Shown piece after piece: positions 27,701-39,783 of a stretch of DNA of 64,000 nt (its first letter is position 1; each line of letters starts with the position of its first letter). Source of the DNA: Eimeria praecox (taxonomy: Eukaryota). The stretch spans positions 2,294,001-2,358,000 of the forward strand of contig OY986950.1 of assembly GCA_963920595.1 (NCBI GenBank). Reading direction: 5' to 3'. The position numbers and the translations under genes were made by a program. The notes below the pieces were generated by a model. It made no database searches, was not told the origin of the DNA, and saw only the letters and a program-made list of their open reading frames with translations.

Positions 27701-28487
27701 ACGGACGAACCGAAAAAAGCAAACGCACACTGGAACAGATGCTGCGATCCTATATATAATTTGATGAGGGGGACTGGGAGCGTTTACTGTTTGCGTTGGA
27801 GGTCGCCTACAAGACCACCAGTCATTCCTCTACTGAGCTCTCCCCCTTCGAGGTTATGATTGGGGAGAATCCCTTGACAGCGGCAAACCTCGATATTGTG
27901 GGTGCTCTGTCCCTTACACTCACCCCTCCTATGATCAAGATTTCCAGGCATCTCTGCGATAGGGTGCAAAGTCACATCCAGAAGGCCAACGGGCAACAAA
28001 AGTATTATGCAGACACCAAACGACGAGCTGTCGAGTACATCGTGGGAGACAAGGTCTGGCTCAGCAGCAAGCACCTGCCGCTCTCAACAACTGCCCTAAA
28101 TTTGAACCGCGTTTCCGAGGACCCTTTGAGATCACCGAGCCCACTGGAAGTCTTGCTTGCCGACTGGCTTTGCCTCCTACGTATGAATGCCATAACGTAT
28201 TCCACATTTCGCAGTTGATTTCTTACCGCCCCCTTGCCCCCAAGTTAGTTCCTCAGGAAGCTGTCGTAGGACGGCCTCCTGCCCGTGGTGCGGGGGGCAG
28301 ACTAACAGAGGAATATCTCGGTGACTATATCGTGAGCCATCGAGGCACTGGTGGCGACGCCCAGTACCTCCTCAAGTGGCGGGACCCGGGGGACCGATCC
28401 ACCTGAGAGCCATCTAGTCATTTGGAACGATACCCTGCCTTGTTCCGTGCTTGGACACGACGTCAGCAGAAAGACCGACTTCACTGA
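24760..28487 (+). mobile_element. pol: Best-preserved Ty3/gypsy chromovirus pol (protease end, RT, RNase H, integrase, GPY/F, chromodomain); pseudogenised
   Basis: RT: 'VFPDSLPPGLPPKRPHDHCI', 'GWIGPACSSICAPTIMVDK', 'EYKVMPFGLKDAPATF', YLND at 25892-25903 (catalytic YLDD mutated). RNase H: 'TDASGYAIGPVLEQ', 'ADAVSR'. Integrase: zinc finger 'HVMLGHRAQKK..YYW..SCTH', core 'DFITDLP', 'ISDRDPRFQS', 'YHPQSDGRTE', then 'VGDKVWLSSKHL'. Chromodomain: 'DYIVSHRGTGGDAQYLLKWR..ST*EP'. In-frame stops at 25880, 27403, 27637 and 28404, plus frameshifts. Confidence 0.97.
25712..25751. repeat. 16-bp inverted repeat (1 mismatch, 8-nt spacer) inside RT
   Basis: atattcattggccata (25712-25727), spacer cagataca, tatggccagtgaatat (25736-25751). 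Confidence 0.9.
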
Positions 28488-28799
28488 TCGCGGGCGATTC
28501 CTCCCATTGTGTCCCTACACCCGCATGATCACTTCTCTACTGAAAGGCTGGGGGACCGTATGCAGCAAAACATTTCATTCTGTTGCCACTATGATCATGA
28601 CTGGCTAAGCACAAAAAGAGCGCCACACACCTGGAAGGGGATAAACTTGAGCTGTCTACCGAAGAGAAGCAGCAGCAGCTGCAGCAGGGTGGTCCGTTCA
28701 GGATAAAGCAGTCGGAAATACTACGCCCGTCACGCAGAATGCAAAGCAGTGAAACGGTCGGTTTTCATCCGAAGCGTTAAAATACTAGGTTTTGCTGCC

Positions 28800-29700
28800 C
28801 CATCCAGGAATTGAACTAGAGTGGTGGAATACTACAGGCCAGTCATCAGCCGAAGCTGTCCGCGCACACTCCTATGAAAGTTCCTTAGTCCTGGACCGTA
28901 CTGCAACAACTTGATTTCGAAATCGTATTGAATTGCCGGCTTCCTGACAACTTGAACTAGGAAGGGGAATCGCTTTTTCTGGTGACAGGGCCCAAGAAGA
29001 ATCCGCCAAGACGTAGCAGCTTCCAAAAGTCTTGTGTGAGAGACGCTCCCCCAGAAAGCCGCTGGGCTTTCATGAAAAGTCCGCAGGAACACCCAGTATG
29101 TGAGACAAAGCTTTACGCAGGGGTAAAGGAGCTTTTCACCCTACTCGGGGAATGGATCTGTCCTTGTTTAAGTAGCTCATCATTAAACTCTACGCATGGC
29201 GAAGTACTTAACAACTTCGTTACCAGAGGATTGTTCGCCATATTAACGGCTCCTGCAGAGGGAATTCGTACACAAAAATAGACCAACGACATCGACAAAG
29301 CCCTCACTGGTGCAACATTTTGTAGTCCTCCCAGCCGCACCTTTCAGTTCAGAACTGCGCTTTTGCGCGCTGGTGACTTTTCACCTTGGAACATGCGTTC
29401 TCCTCGTTCCCAAGCTTTTGATTTGGCTACAACTCGTGAAATGCTCCATAATGGAGGACGGGCGAAGAGCCATAGCAACTACAGTGCCCTGCTGTGGAAG
29501 CAGAAAAGTGCATTGCGCTCATGGTACTTCTCAGAATCACTATGGACAAGGAAGCTCCCCATCGTACATAGTTTTGCTCTGGCTGGTCAGGATGGGCTCT
29601 GTGCAACAGTCGATTGGGGGGGCAGAGTATCTTCGTAAACGGCTTCAAGAAGCCCCCCCTGGTGACGGGTATTCGCAGTTTTTCAGCGCTTTCTAGCGCT
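28800..29700 (-). mobile_element. Possible very decayed RT N-terminal relic
   Basis: 'ELLKQGQIHSPS' (~29170; cf. ELLKKGFIRPS) and 'KAIPLP' (~28970). Few motifs, weak support. Confidence 0.3.
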
Positions 29701-29849
29701 AGATGATGATTAGGCTTTGACATATCATGCATGATACCACCGTAGCCAATTAGGGGGATGCTTACGGCGGAACAAAGCGCCAGCTTGGCACGGGCTACTG
29801 GACTAGACTACTAGACCAATGTGTGAGACTCACCGAACCACGTTGAGTG

Positions 29850-32150
29850 AGGCTCTGTCTGTGCTTAGGCCTGGTAACCCAAACCTCAGCTTTACAAATC
29901 ATAATTGTGCTTATTTCCCCCTAGCAAGAGGTCGCCATTTTCGCTCTTTCTACTGGGCGTGGTTGCTCTATCGCTCCTCTTTTTCCCGCTGCTCTGCTGA
30001 AGACCAAGCTGCAAAGGCATGGTTATCGCTTCCCAAACGGCACCGACACTAAGCATGGACATATTCATAATCCTGCTTCTAACCAACGCTGGGAATTTGC
30101 GGTTTTAATTGACGTTTCTATCGTTACCGACTAGTCACATTTCGTCTCGACGTGAAGTTTCCAAACTTCTCTTTCTCCCCAAAGCGGCAGTCCACCGAAC
30201 AAGCCGATAGCATTACCAGCCTTTATCACTGCACTGTGTGTGCAACGCGACGCAGACGAAAATACATTATTTTCGTCTGCGTCGCGCTGCACTCTCTGTG
30301 CAAACAAGCTTGTTTGACGCAGAACAACATTCACTGAAACCGACACTGAAACTGCTAGTGGAGCACCAACAGCCGATCAAAATTACCGTTCTGTTGGGTC
30401 AATGCATCATTAAATTCACGTGGATGGAAAGCAAAGCGCACGACTGTCGTAGCCCTTGCGAACAGGGTCTAGCCTAAACGGGCGAATGGTGCATGCAACT
30501 GCGGATTATTTCCTTCTTGGGGATTGCTACCACTGACAAGGCGATTGTGATCACTAAGAGGTAAGAAGCCCCGCAGAATGGCGAAGCATACTGCCTTTGC
30601 ATGATAGTCCGTTAAGGTAGGGTATAATGGTTATATATAACCATTATAATGTGTTTTGGGTGAACATATAACCATGGTGCAAAAGCCGTACCTTGGCACC
30701 AGTAGGAATCCAGTGAGGGCACTTCTCCACTCTAGGCTGAACATGCTACTCAGAACAAAACTGCAAATCTTGCAAATATCCAGAAGTGTTGCTGGGTTGC
30801 AGCCTCTTGCATCGTCTAGCCCAAGCCATGAAGGAGTGGACAACGTGCCTCATGAGTATCGTGGGTTAACTGAAATGCCCATTAATTCAAGAGGAGGACG
30901 GCACACTGAGGTCCTGGTTGCTCTGCATGCGAAGACCCCACCAATGAAAAGCCATGCTACCATCCTGATCTCCTTGCTAGAAATGAAGAAGTTCTCTTCA
31001 ACCTGTAGTTTGGCCGTCGCTGTACAGTTTAGGGCTTTGAATCTCGCAAAAACGGCTATGTGGCACAGCTTGTGCCTACGAGGCAAACCACCGATCAACG
31101 GGGCTCTTCAAAAGTAATGTAGATTTCTACTGTAAGCTTTGCCTGAAAAGCTCAGCCCCCCACGAATATGGATATAATATCTTCAAATGAGCCTTGCAAT
31201 AACCCTGTTTTGGGGTACGCATCCCAAGCCAGGAGGCCTCTATGGTTCTGCATAAGAAATTGACCAAAGCATGCCAATAAAAACATCTCTTCGCACCAAT
31301 CAGCAAGCGTGACCGTCTGAATTTTGCTCTTGCCTAGGTGGAGAGCAACAACCCTACTGGCAGCAAACTTATCCCACTACCAGGCGCTGTTGTGGTAGCC
31401 ATGCGCATCGCCAGAATTCCATCTTGGGTTAAGTCACTTAAGTGCATGAGCTAGCACCGATTAATTTTGTTGCTAACGGACAATCAGCTTATCCAAAAGA
31501 TATCCTGACGGGGGACCTCGGAATCCTCCATCACTGAGTGGTACGCCCATCAAATCCCACGCAAATTTTGCAAGTTGCTGGACGCCTTCTATATCGCTGA
31601 ATGGGTAAATGCGCAAATCACACCTGATAATGCTAACACAGTTGAATTCGTTATGCAAACACGCGGTAAGCAATTAAGAACAATGCGCCGATCGTTCCGT
31701 CCCTTGGCATGGGGAGAACTAGTGGGTTCAAACAAGACCTACGCCATTCCAAAAACAATAAAACGTATTCACACAGAGAGGTCCATCAACGAACACTTTG
31801 CACCTGTGCATCGTTGCACGGTGATTTCTATGGGGCCCCCTTTATGGAGGAGGACTATCTCTCGGAGCTGAAGCCATCAAACACACACCGACAACCTTTT
31901 TTGTGAGCTTAGGAATAGACTTAAATGATGATGTTCTATATCGTCGTACATGCCTATGGGATCGTTAATACTAACGAGGTGTGAGGAGGCGCGGGTATCC
32001 TTACGCGCCCAATAGAATTCATAGCCTCTCCCTTCATATATATTATGCGGTCCCCTTCGCAAACGCCTGCACCATCGGCAGAGCTTCCAGGAGTTACTCC
32101 GCACACCTTTAATCCCGAAGCTGCATACATACAAGCGCATGACTGGCTGA
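29850..32150 (-). mobile_element. Decayed Ty3/gypsy pol relic (internally deleted RT, integrase, GPY/F)
   Basis: RT 'EGRGYEF...MYDDIEHHHLSLFL' (31880-32040). Zinc finger 'ALHLGKSK..KRCFYW' (31270-31350). Core 'IGGLPRRH', 'PLELMGISVN', 'CSFVLSSMFSLEW' (30720-31098). Then 'SPF' (~30585), 'AQRVQRDAD' (~30290) and 'IGLFGG..EVWKLHV' (~30170). Confidence 0.6.
30231..30316. repeat. 34-bp inverted repeat (19-bp perfect core, 3-nt loop) followed directly by a 16-bp palindrome
   Basis: cgcgacgcagacgaaaata (30246-30264), loop cat, tattttcgtctgcgtcgcg (30268-30286); extends to 30231-30301 with 4 mismatches. Palindrome caaacaagcttgtttg at 30301-30316. Confidence 0.95.
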
Positions 32151-32228
32151 TGATCCCTTAATCGCTTGTGCCCCTATCTAAGAGCCGCTGCCCTCCTAGC
32201 GTTATGGAAGAGACAGTCATACATTCGG

Positions 32229-34726
32229 CTAGCTCCTAAACCGCTTGCTGGCTTTCATATATGCCTTACCTGTTGGGAAGTTTTGGCGTGCTGCAGCCAA
32301 GCGCGGCACCTCTTCCGCCACCAGTAGCCCTGCAACACAGCTCGTCAATGCCTCGGGCGAACTCGTGCTAACAGGCATTAGTAAGCCGGCGGGCAGTACA
32401 GCACCACACCCATGCAGGTCAGAAGCGCAGGGCACAACTACGCCTTACCAATGGATGGCACAGTGAATTCGCCTGAATCTCGCAAAGATTCAGCGACCCG
32501 CAGCACGACTGTTGACGGCAACGCCAGCCTGATGCACTCACACAAGCATATGCCGTGGGAGATGACAGGCAAAGGCACCAGGTTCTGATTTTTTGCTGTC
32601 TCAAGGGGTGTACAAAGCATACCGCTGCTTGCTTCCTGGTAGCAGCACCATTTACTTATCCTTAGTAGACAGTAACGCGATGCGCTTTGCTCTTTGAATC
32701 CGCCCCCTCACCCGCACATATCGAATTTCTTGACAAGCATTCCTACAATGGAGCCCTCCATGTTAACAACAGGCGCTCCTGACATGCCTGCGTATGTTTA
32801 AAGAACACATCACGCATCAGAAACCTGCGATGAAATGCAGTTTATATTCGTGTATGGTCTAGCTCTAAAACGGCACTCACCGGGAAACGTCGGTAGATCC
32901 AACTGCAAGAGGCCAATGCTTCCCGAGTCCTGTATCCTTCTGAAGGTCTGAGAAGGCTGCAACACCTGGCCTGTCGCCCCTATTGGTTCGTTTGCGTGCT
33001 AAAGAAAAAATCCACACGCAAAGTTCGCGTCTATCTAATCACTAAACAGAAATGGCCATGCACTGGTAGCGATTTGCTACGAGTGTGACCGCCTTACCTC
33101 TGTTGCAGCGTATGTTGCAACAATATCTCCCATAGCCGGTCGTGCATCGGCGAACTCTACACAAACAAGAGGAGTCGGACGAAAGGGGGATGGAAGGCTC
33201 ATGAGGGGGCACATTGGAGCTAATCTTGGCACATCAATATGCAAGCAAACATGAACGAACTTGAAGTGGGCAAGATGCCGAGTTTTTTATTCGTAGCATA
33301 ACAAGGCACCATACAAATGGAACCTATCTTTTGGGAAGGTCCGTGCACCTCTTCACGATAGTTACACGCGTGCATCACCAGCATCACCCACTCCCCCCTC
33401 CCCCCCAAAATAACGATTGGTGATGCTTCGGAAACGCTGTCCGTCTTAGCCCATCGACCACTCACTGCCGTGCAAATGGGGAAGGTCACTTCGTTGGAAG
33501 GAGTCTTCTACTCGAAGCACAGCCACATCAGTAGCTGCGACACAAGCAAAAATGACACAGACATGAATCTACGCAAGCCATCCTCTTCGATTCCGCCTCA
33601 CAGGCATGCTGCGACTAGTAGATGCAGCAATGCTTACTCTCATCCAACCCGCAGAGGTGAGCTGCGTGTAGCCGACCGAAAGAGTCCTTTATAGCAAGCG
33701 GGAAAGGCACAAGGTCGCCTTTTACCGGTCGGCCCCGCGGCCCATGACTTGTGGGGCAGAATGATCCATCAACTTCCAAGTTTTTTGGCCGCTGTGGACA
33801 ACAGAGGGACAGAGGAGAAAGTTAAACGATGGCACATCAAACAATTCATCGCCGCCAGCGAAGCAAGAGCGGGCCAAGTTGCCGCAAAGCAGGGCATAGC
33901 TTACCAAAACAAGATGAGCGGCAGTTACTATGTGGCCTGAAGATATTTACGCAGTTGAGCAAAGTAAGCCTGTGTACCCAACCCACGGCAGTTCTGCGCA
34001 ACTCGCATGAGCAGTATTCCATCGAAGTGTAAATGCCTCACCTTCATTGTCAAAGAAAAAACCGGAGCCCAGAAAGTGAAATTGCTCAAGCAGATGTTGG
34101 TCCTTGTCGACTGCTGCTTGGGTTCCGTAACCGAAAGGCATTTGTGTTCGAAGCACCGCATACACCTGTACCACGAAGGGCTTCACTGCCTCAAATATTT
34201 GCTGTTGCTTCAAAGCCTGGGGCGACTGCAGCTGTTCACGTTCCATATGCTGCAATGGCAATTGCTTGCAGAGAGCTGGACCACTAGCACGGGACGGGGA
34301 GGCAGAGAAAAATGGAGCAACAGCCCTTGCGACATCCGAAAGCCACCAATCCTCGCAGTGAATGATACCTGGCAAGGTGCTGCTCCTCAAAACACCATCG
34401 GCGCGTTTTCGATGCGCATGTGCTCTTCCATTGTGGCGCTGGATCTGGTGCTGCCGATTGCCCTCAATGTAGCTGCAAGCTGCAGCAGCAGCAAGGGTGC
34501 TCACCCAAATCCAGAAAGCTCTTGGGGGGTTTCTTCCATATTCTGCCCCACGATCGTAATTGGAGGAAACAACTTGAAATGGCTGCCAGGCATGCTGCAT
34601 CTGGCGCCTCACGAAGGCCTTCAGGCACCCACTTTCACATATACCAGGCCACTGATGGAGATTAAGTGATCGGAAAACTGCCGCCAATGCAGTCCTATCC
34701 GGTAAGAAGCACGCCTGGTAAATCAT
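32229..34726 (-). CDS. HtrA/DegP-family trypsin-like serine protease (multi-exon), with an N-terminal extension and hydrophobic segment
   Basis: GT-AG spliced exons give 'VKPFVVQVYA..FLGSGFFFDNEG|HIVTAAHLVL' (catalytic His, ~33915), 'HAAHLCGLDE|TTDVAVLRV' (Asp, ~33530), 'LLQLDLPTFP|GMSGAPVVNMEGSIVGM' (Ser, ~32782), then 'GLALPSTVVLRVAESLRDSG..PSIG|LLVAEE'. The 3' end is uncertain: read-through stop at 32229 or a short exon near 32155-32195. Confidence 0.9.
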
Positions 34727-36499
34727 TCCCTAGTAACAGTTCAACGTCCTCCTTCTGCCCGTCGGCGGCAATATGCCGTTGAAGCACGCAATATGCTCAA
34801 AATAAACCTAATTTCTTATCTGGATTCGTTGCTCGCTTGCACGGCAAGACGAAGACAAGGAAATGACAAGCCACCCCGCTTTGAGTTCAACTGGCAGGCG
34901 CGATCCGAGCTAGTGAACAAATAGGGCAGAGAAAGACACGGAAAAATAGTCATAAGATGCTTGTATTATGCTTTTAGTCTCGTAAGCTATAGGATATGTC
35001 GCAAATATCCAGATATGTTTGCAGTAGGCAAACAGTCATGCTCCACGAAGCACAGCGGCGCTTCGGTCCTGAGCGCCTCCAACTCGAATCGGGCCCTTTG
35101 ACAGATGACATTGCTATTGCCACAAAACGCTCCACAATCGCCAAATATTGATCTACTGTTTATATAAGTGCTGCTTCGGTCCTGTTGGTGACTCAACTCA
35201 CTGCATTCTCCACTTCTGTAGGGGGGGTCTGGAAGACAGTTGCCCGCTTGTGAACTCGAAGCAACTAGTCGTTAAGTCACGAAATTACCAAATTTACAGC
35301 TCTCCTTTTAATATATCCTTCATATAATGAGCATCTGAAGTAGAGTCAATGAACCGACTTGGCTTCAAGGCATACGTTTCAACTCGTGACCACATCCGCC
35401 TCGTTGTGCTCGAGTTTTGGCATGCAGTGTCTATTACTGCTGCTTCCCATGCTAGATGGCTTCTCCCAAATCAGTAAAAGGCTTTCATTTGGTCTATTCC
35501 ATATTGTAGTCTAGGTCTGACTCTACAGACGCAGTGAGGCCGATTCGAGGAGGCTGAATGCAGCATGATTTGTGCGGAGTTGGCCCGCGTGTCTCTACTT
35601 CAACACAGGCTATCTGTGGGGAGACAACTAGGTATTTAGCAGTTGCTTATTGCGTTAGCGGGAGAGTTGGAGCTTATGATAGATCGTTTCCTCCCTCTGC
35701 TCCACCCCCGGGCCCTTGGGGGTTTATCTGCTTCTTGGGAACTACTTCCTGTAGCGTTTGACTATTCTTCAGTTAAGAAGGGATCTCAGGGAAGATTGAA
35801 GACCATCCATATCTTTGGTAGCAGCACATGCTTCCTTAGGGCAGCTGCGCACAGTGATCTCCACCCCCGACTCAGGGCTGGCCGGTGCACTGCAATGACT
35901 AGAGGCAAGGGCGGTTGCAAAAAAAATTAGATCTTGTAGTTACAGTTTTTGCCAAAGCTTGAGCTGTTCTTCCTGCTGGACAGTTGAGATTGATGAGGGC
36001 CTTCACGCCGGTGGAAAACACCTACTGGGAACAACATCGCGCCGAACGAGCCATATCTGCATTGCGGGTATCGAAAATAAATAGCAAACACAGCACGAGA
36101 AGAATGATTATGCCTTTGATGACAGTCCAAGTATAAAGAGCGCGGAGATTTGTTGGAAGCGGAGGAGTCCCTTGTTTCTCTGGAGTTGTGCCCTCTTTTT
36201 CTAAATGCAGCCAAAGCGGTACAGCTGCGACACAGACCTCCTTTACCAGAAAAGGGGACATCACAGTGGTGGCTGCGCCCGAAGAAAGGTCCGGACTCTG
36301 AAAGCTTATCTATGCGCGCTGAGATGTACGTTCATTTTCAGTTCGGCAAAGTAACAGGCTGTGGCGGAAATGAGAAACCTTAACCAAGGAAAGTTATCGA
36401 TGGACGCTTCATCGAAACGCTTTGGTGTTTGATGAATTTAACTCCAAAGGCGAAGCCGAACCTTTTAATCGATGGTTCATACCAGGGGTGCCCCTAGAG

Positions 36500-39400
36500 A
36501 GAGGCAACTGGCAACCCTGTGGGCCGTGGAGACAGGGTAAAATGCTGGAACAGTGGAAACCACCGATATGATGAAGTCGTTAAGCACCAAAGGAAGCAAA
36601 AAGGACGGCACTTCAAACCCGTTCACTTCCTCCTCATCTTAAACGGTAGAAGTGGTGCTCCTTTTCTTTCTTTGGCAATTTTGTCGCTCATCATGCCCAA
36701 AGCCCTTCTCTTCCTCATCATCGGGAAAGGTTGGACATGACCTATGCGCGGGGCTGGTAGATGCTTCGGATATCAATGTGAACACCGGCCAGAAAATAAG
36801 AAAAGGAGAAACGATAGACGATGGCCGACGTCTCCAGCATCAGCACGCAGGAAGCTCGGGAGATATGCCGAGGGTTCCATCTGCTTCTTTTGCAACAAAC
36901 AAGGCAGCATGATTCGATGATTCGAGATTACCGGGGAAGGGCTAAGGAACTGGAGAAACAGGACGGCTAGCAGCTTCTGCATGGACACAAACAAAGCGAT
37001 CAGGGAAAAACCATCGCCCGCTCGCAACGGGCAGCGCCGCGATGAGCCAGAAGGATGTGACTGCGGCTCCTGTACTATCAATGCTCAGAAGTTATTAAAG
37101 CGACTTGGCGCAGGCCACAAAGTGCACCTGGCATGAAGCTAAGGCGAGAAAGTGGAGCCTAGTAGTCTGTTCATTGGCGCACTCTCTGTTACTAGGATTT
37201 GCGGATTACAGCCATGAAAGCAAGTAGGAAAAACTATGGGAATTAAGTGGGAAATGAACTCTGAAATGGGCCACATTACCATGCCACGGGAAGTTTACAG
37301 TGGCCACTCGACCATGGCATACTTCTACGCGTGAAATGCGTGTCTCAGTGGAAGGTACGCATGAGGCCTCCAGGTGACACCATTGGGGTTCACGTGCCGG
37401 TAAGCAATGAGAAGGCACACCTCTCAGCATTGCTAAGAATATCTGCACCCTCTACAGGAGTGGAGTCTTTGTCCCAAGCCACAAGGAGAATGCAGGCTTG
37501 TACGCAGTGCAGCAGCCCTTTAGGAAACGAAGAAGAAACACCTGCACACCGTCGTAATGGCCTTAGGAAAACCGACGTTTTCGAGTGCACTAGCTCTCAG
37601 CTACTAGCCTGCCATCCGCTTACCGGATGCTCATTGAATCCCATCCACTCCAGTCCCGTCGAAACCCTCACCTTTGCTCCACGGTACAGGAAACCCATAC
37701 ACTTGCTAAGAGAAGACAAACTTGAAGTCCCAAGAAGCACCTTCGGGCACAATCCTGTGCTGGCGAACAAAAGGGACGGGAGGTGGCCCATGCGCGTCAA
37801 CATCAACTCCCTCAATGAAATCACAGCAAGCTAAAACTTTCACATGCCCCAAACTGACGAAATACTTGGGTGCTTCAAGCATTTGGTTTATCACTTAGTT
37901 TTGCTGGAATTTTTAAATAGACCCCAGTAGATCCCGGTGGCGCACACAAGACTGCTTTCTATGCCGGGACTTGCAAACACAAGGGTCATGCGTGTGTATG
38001 GTACACACGCATGATCCTTGAGGTCGTCAATGTATCTACAGGACTGCAGAAACAGCCTAATCACAACTTCGTGAGGCCAACCTGCGGGGAAAGGATGGTG
38101 CCATACACAAGCGGCGTGTCTATTCTCAGCAAGGATGCGTAGGAGCACCTGCAACATCTCTGTGGCTCTGTGGCTTGCTCAGTAACTCCAGCGTGAGAAG
38201 CGGTGCTTCGCACAGATACAAATGTGTTCGTAGTTTTTAGGGTGTTGTGCCTCTGGCGCGGGAGTCGAATTGGTCCCAACGGCAGTAAAGGAAATTGGCA
38301 AACGGCCACTACCCCTCCACACTCACACCAGCGTTTCAGAAGTTCCTTTGTTTCATATCGTATTCCCGGAACTTTGTGGATGTGCCCGCATCACCCACTC
38401 TCTGAAGGATCTACTGAAGAAGCCTCAACTAAGTAATTGGAAAGAGACCACACCAGAAGCCGCCAGAACTCTCCCTAGATACCTACAATCGCATTGGGTG
38501 CGCAAGATACCGTCATTCGACCAAGCGTTCCTCGTAAACACCGATACCATTGACACAGCAGCTGCGGTGGTGCTATCTGTGAACACTCAGCAACTCGAAA
38601 TAACATCAAATATTTGTCCTCTACTCACGCCACGGAATCATTCAGCAGGCGAGAAGGAACTCTACTGGGTCTACGGAATACATGCATACTTCAGTCAGTC
38701 CCTTCTGGGCCGCTACAGAACTTTGAATTCTTATGAGCTAGCCCCTCCAGAGGACAAAGGAGGTGTTCCAATAGGTGGAAACTGTACTCTCGCTTCGTTC
38801 ACAAGCGACGTGCAGCAATAAATCCGGTTAGGCCCTGCTTTCCATCCCTTTGCTTTGCCAGCCTGAGCGCTTGCAAGATTGGGTCGTGGCGAGCTAGTCC
38901 GGCACCAGATTCAGAAGCCGAGTTAAATAACTGCATTGCCGGATGTGCACCAGCCTGTTTTGCTGATCGTTTCGCTGCTTCTCATATATGCGGGGCATGC
39001 TCGGAAAGCTATGTTAGCAAATGGACAGATATGTTGCACTTGTGCGTCGTTTGTTCAGGTCCTTTACCTATGCGTATATCTTGCCGAGTGGCGTCTGCTA
39101 CTACAAGTACCACTACTACCCCTGTACTACTACTAGCATACTACCATCAGTACGAGCTTGGGAGACCACGAGATTGCCCCAATGGGAGCTGCTGATGATA
39201 CGTTTGCCTCTACAGACTCCATCGGTGAGCGGCATGCGGAAAAAGACGCTGTTTCGTTGTGCTTGCCCCCCGGCTATCCTTCTAGCTTACAGGATGCCGA
39301 ACTCTGCGGAGACCCATCCTCGAGCCAAGAATTTCAGATTATTTTTTCTCCCGAGGCAACACTGGCTAACTAAAGGCAACTCTGGCCCAGAGTGGAGTTT

Positions 39401-39700
39401 TCCACGTAGCTTTGGGACTACCAAAGAAGTGGTGTAACGATTTCCAAACTATTCTGTGTACTCTAGTGTTAGCTGAGTTCGTGAAAAGCTCGAAAACGCG
39501 CTTCGAAATAATTGGGGTGAAGAAGACGCTGTTTTGTTGTGCTTCCCCCTCGGCTATCCTTCTAGCTTACAGGATGCCGAACTCTGCGGAGGCCCATACT
39601 CGAGCCAAGAGTTTCAGATTATTCTTTCTCCCGAGACAACACTGGCTAACTAAAGGCAACTCTGACCCAGAGTGGAGTTGCAAGGCCTGTCCCCTTCACG
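36500..39700 (+). mobile_element. Decayed Ty3/gypsy relic (gag knuckle?, RT, RNase H, integrase); gag may extend upstream to ~35.6 kb
   Basis: 'VKCWNSG' (~36540). RT 'STFGHNPVLANKRDGRWPMRVNINSLNEIT..FHMPQTDEIL' (37740-37870). RNase H 'PSFDQAFLVNTDTIDTAAAVVLS', 'RNHSAGEKEL' (38510-38665). Zinc finger 'IYAGH' (~38990). Integrase core 'LFRCACPPAILLAYRMP..QHWLTKGNS' (39250-39385). Confidence 0.85.
39239..39679. repeat. Two 161-bp direct repeats (10 mismatches, ~94% identical) separated by 119 bp
   Basis: 39239-39399 versus 39519-39679, ungapped; 8 transitions and 2 transversions by manual count. Confidence 0.95.
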
Positions 39701-39783
39701 TTTCTGTCCTTTTAGGTGTAGAGCGAAGGCCGCAAGCCTCACGTAAAGCCAACAGATGCCTTCATTCAATTAACCGTCCAGCT

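Noticed and set aside
28542..28800. Polypurine tract (gaaaggctggggga) and 3' LTR starting TG at 28561
   Set aside because: The position is plausible, but I found no matching 5' LTR upstream of 24.8 kb, so no boundaries can be supported.
30656..31117. 153-aa plus-strand ORF
   Set aside because: Antisense to an integrase-core relic, with no independent coding evidence.
34007..34669. 220-aa plus-strand ORF
   Set aside because: Antisense shadow of exon 1 of the DegP-like gene; no recognisable motif.
39239..39682. TRIM / mini-LTR element (two ~160-bp terminal repeats, second copy bounded by TG..CA)
   Set aside because: The repeat unit translates to integrase core collinear with the upstream relic; the first copy lacks TG..CA ends, and no target-site duplication or PBS was seen.
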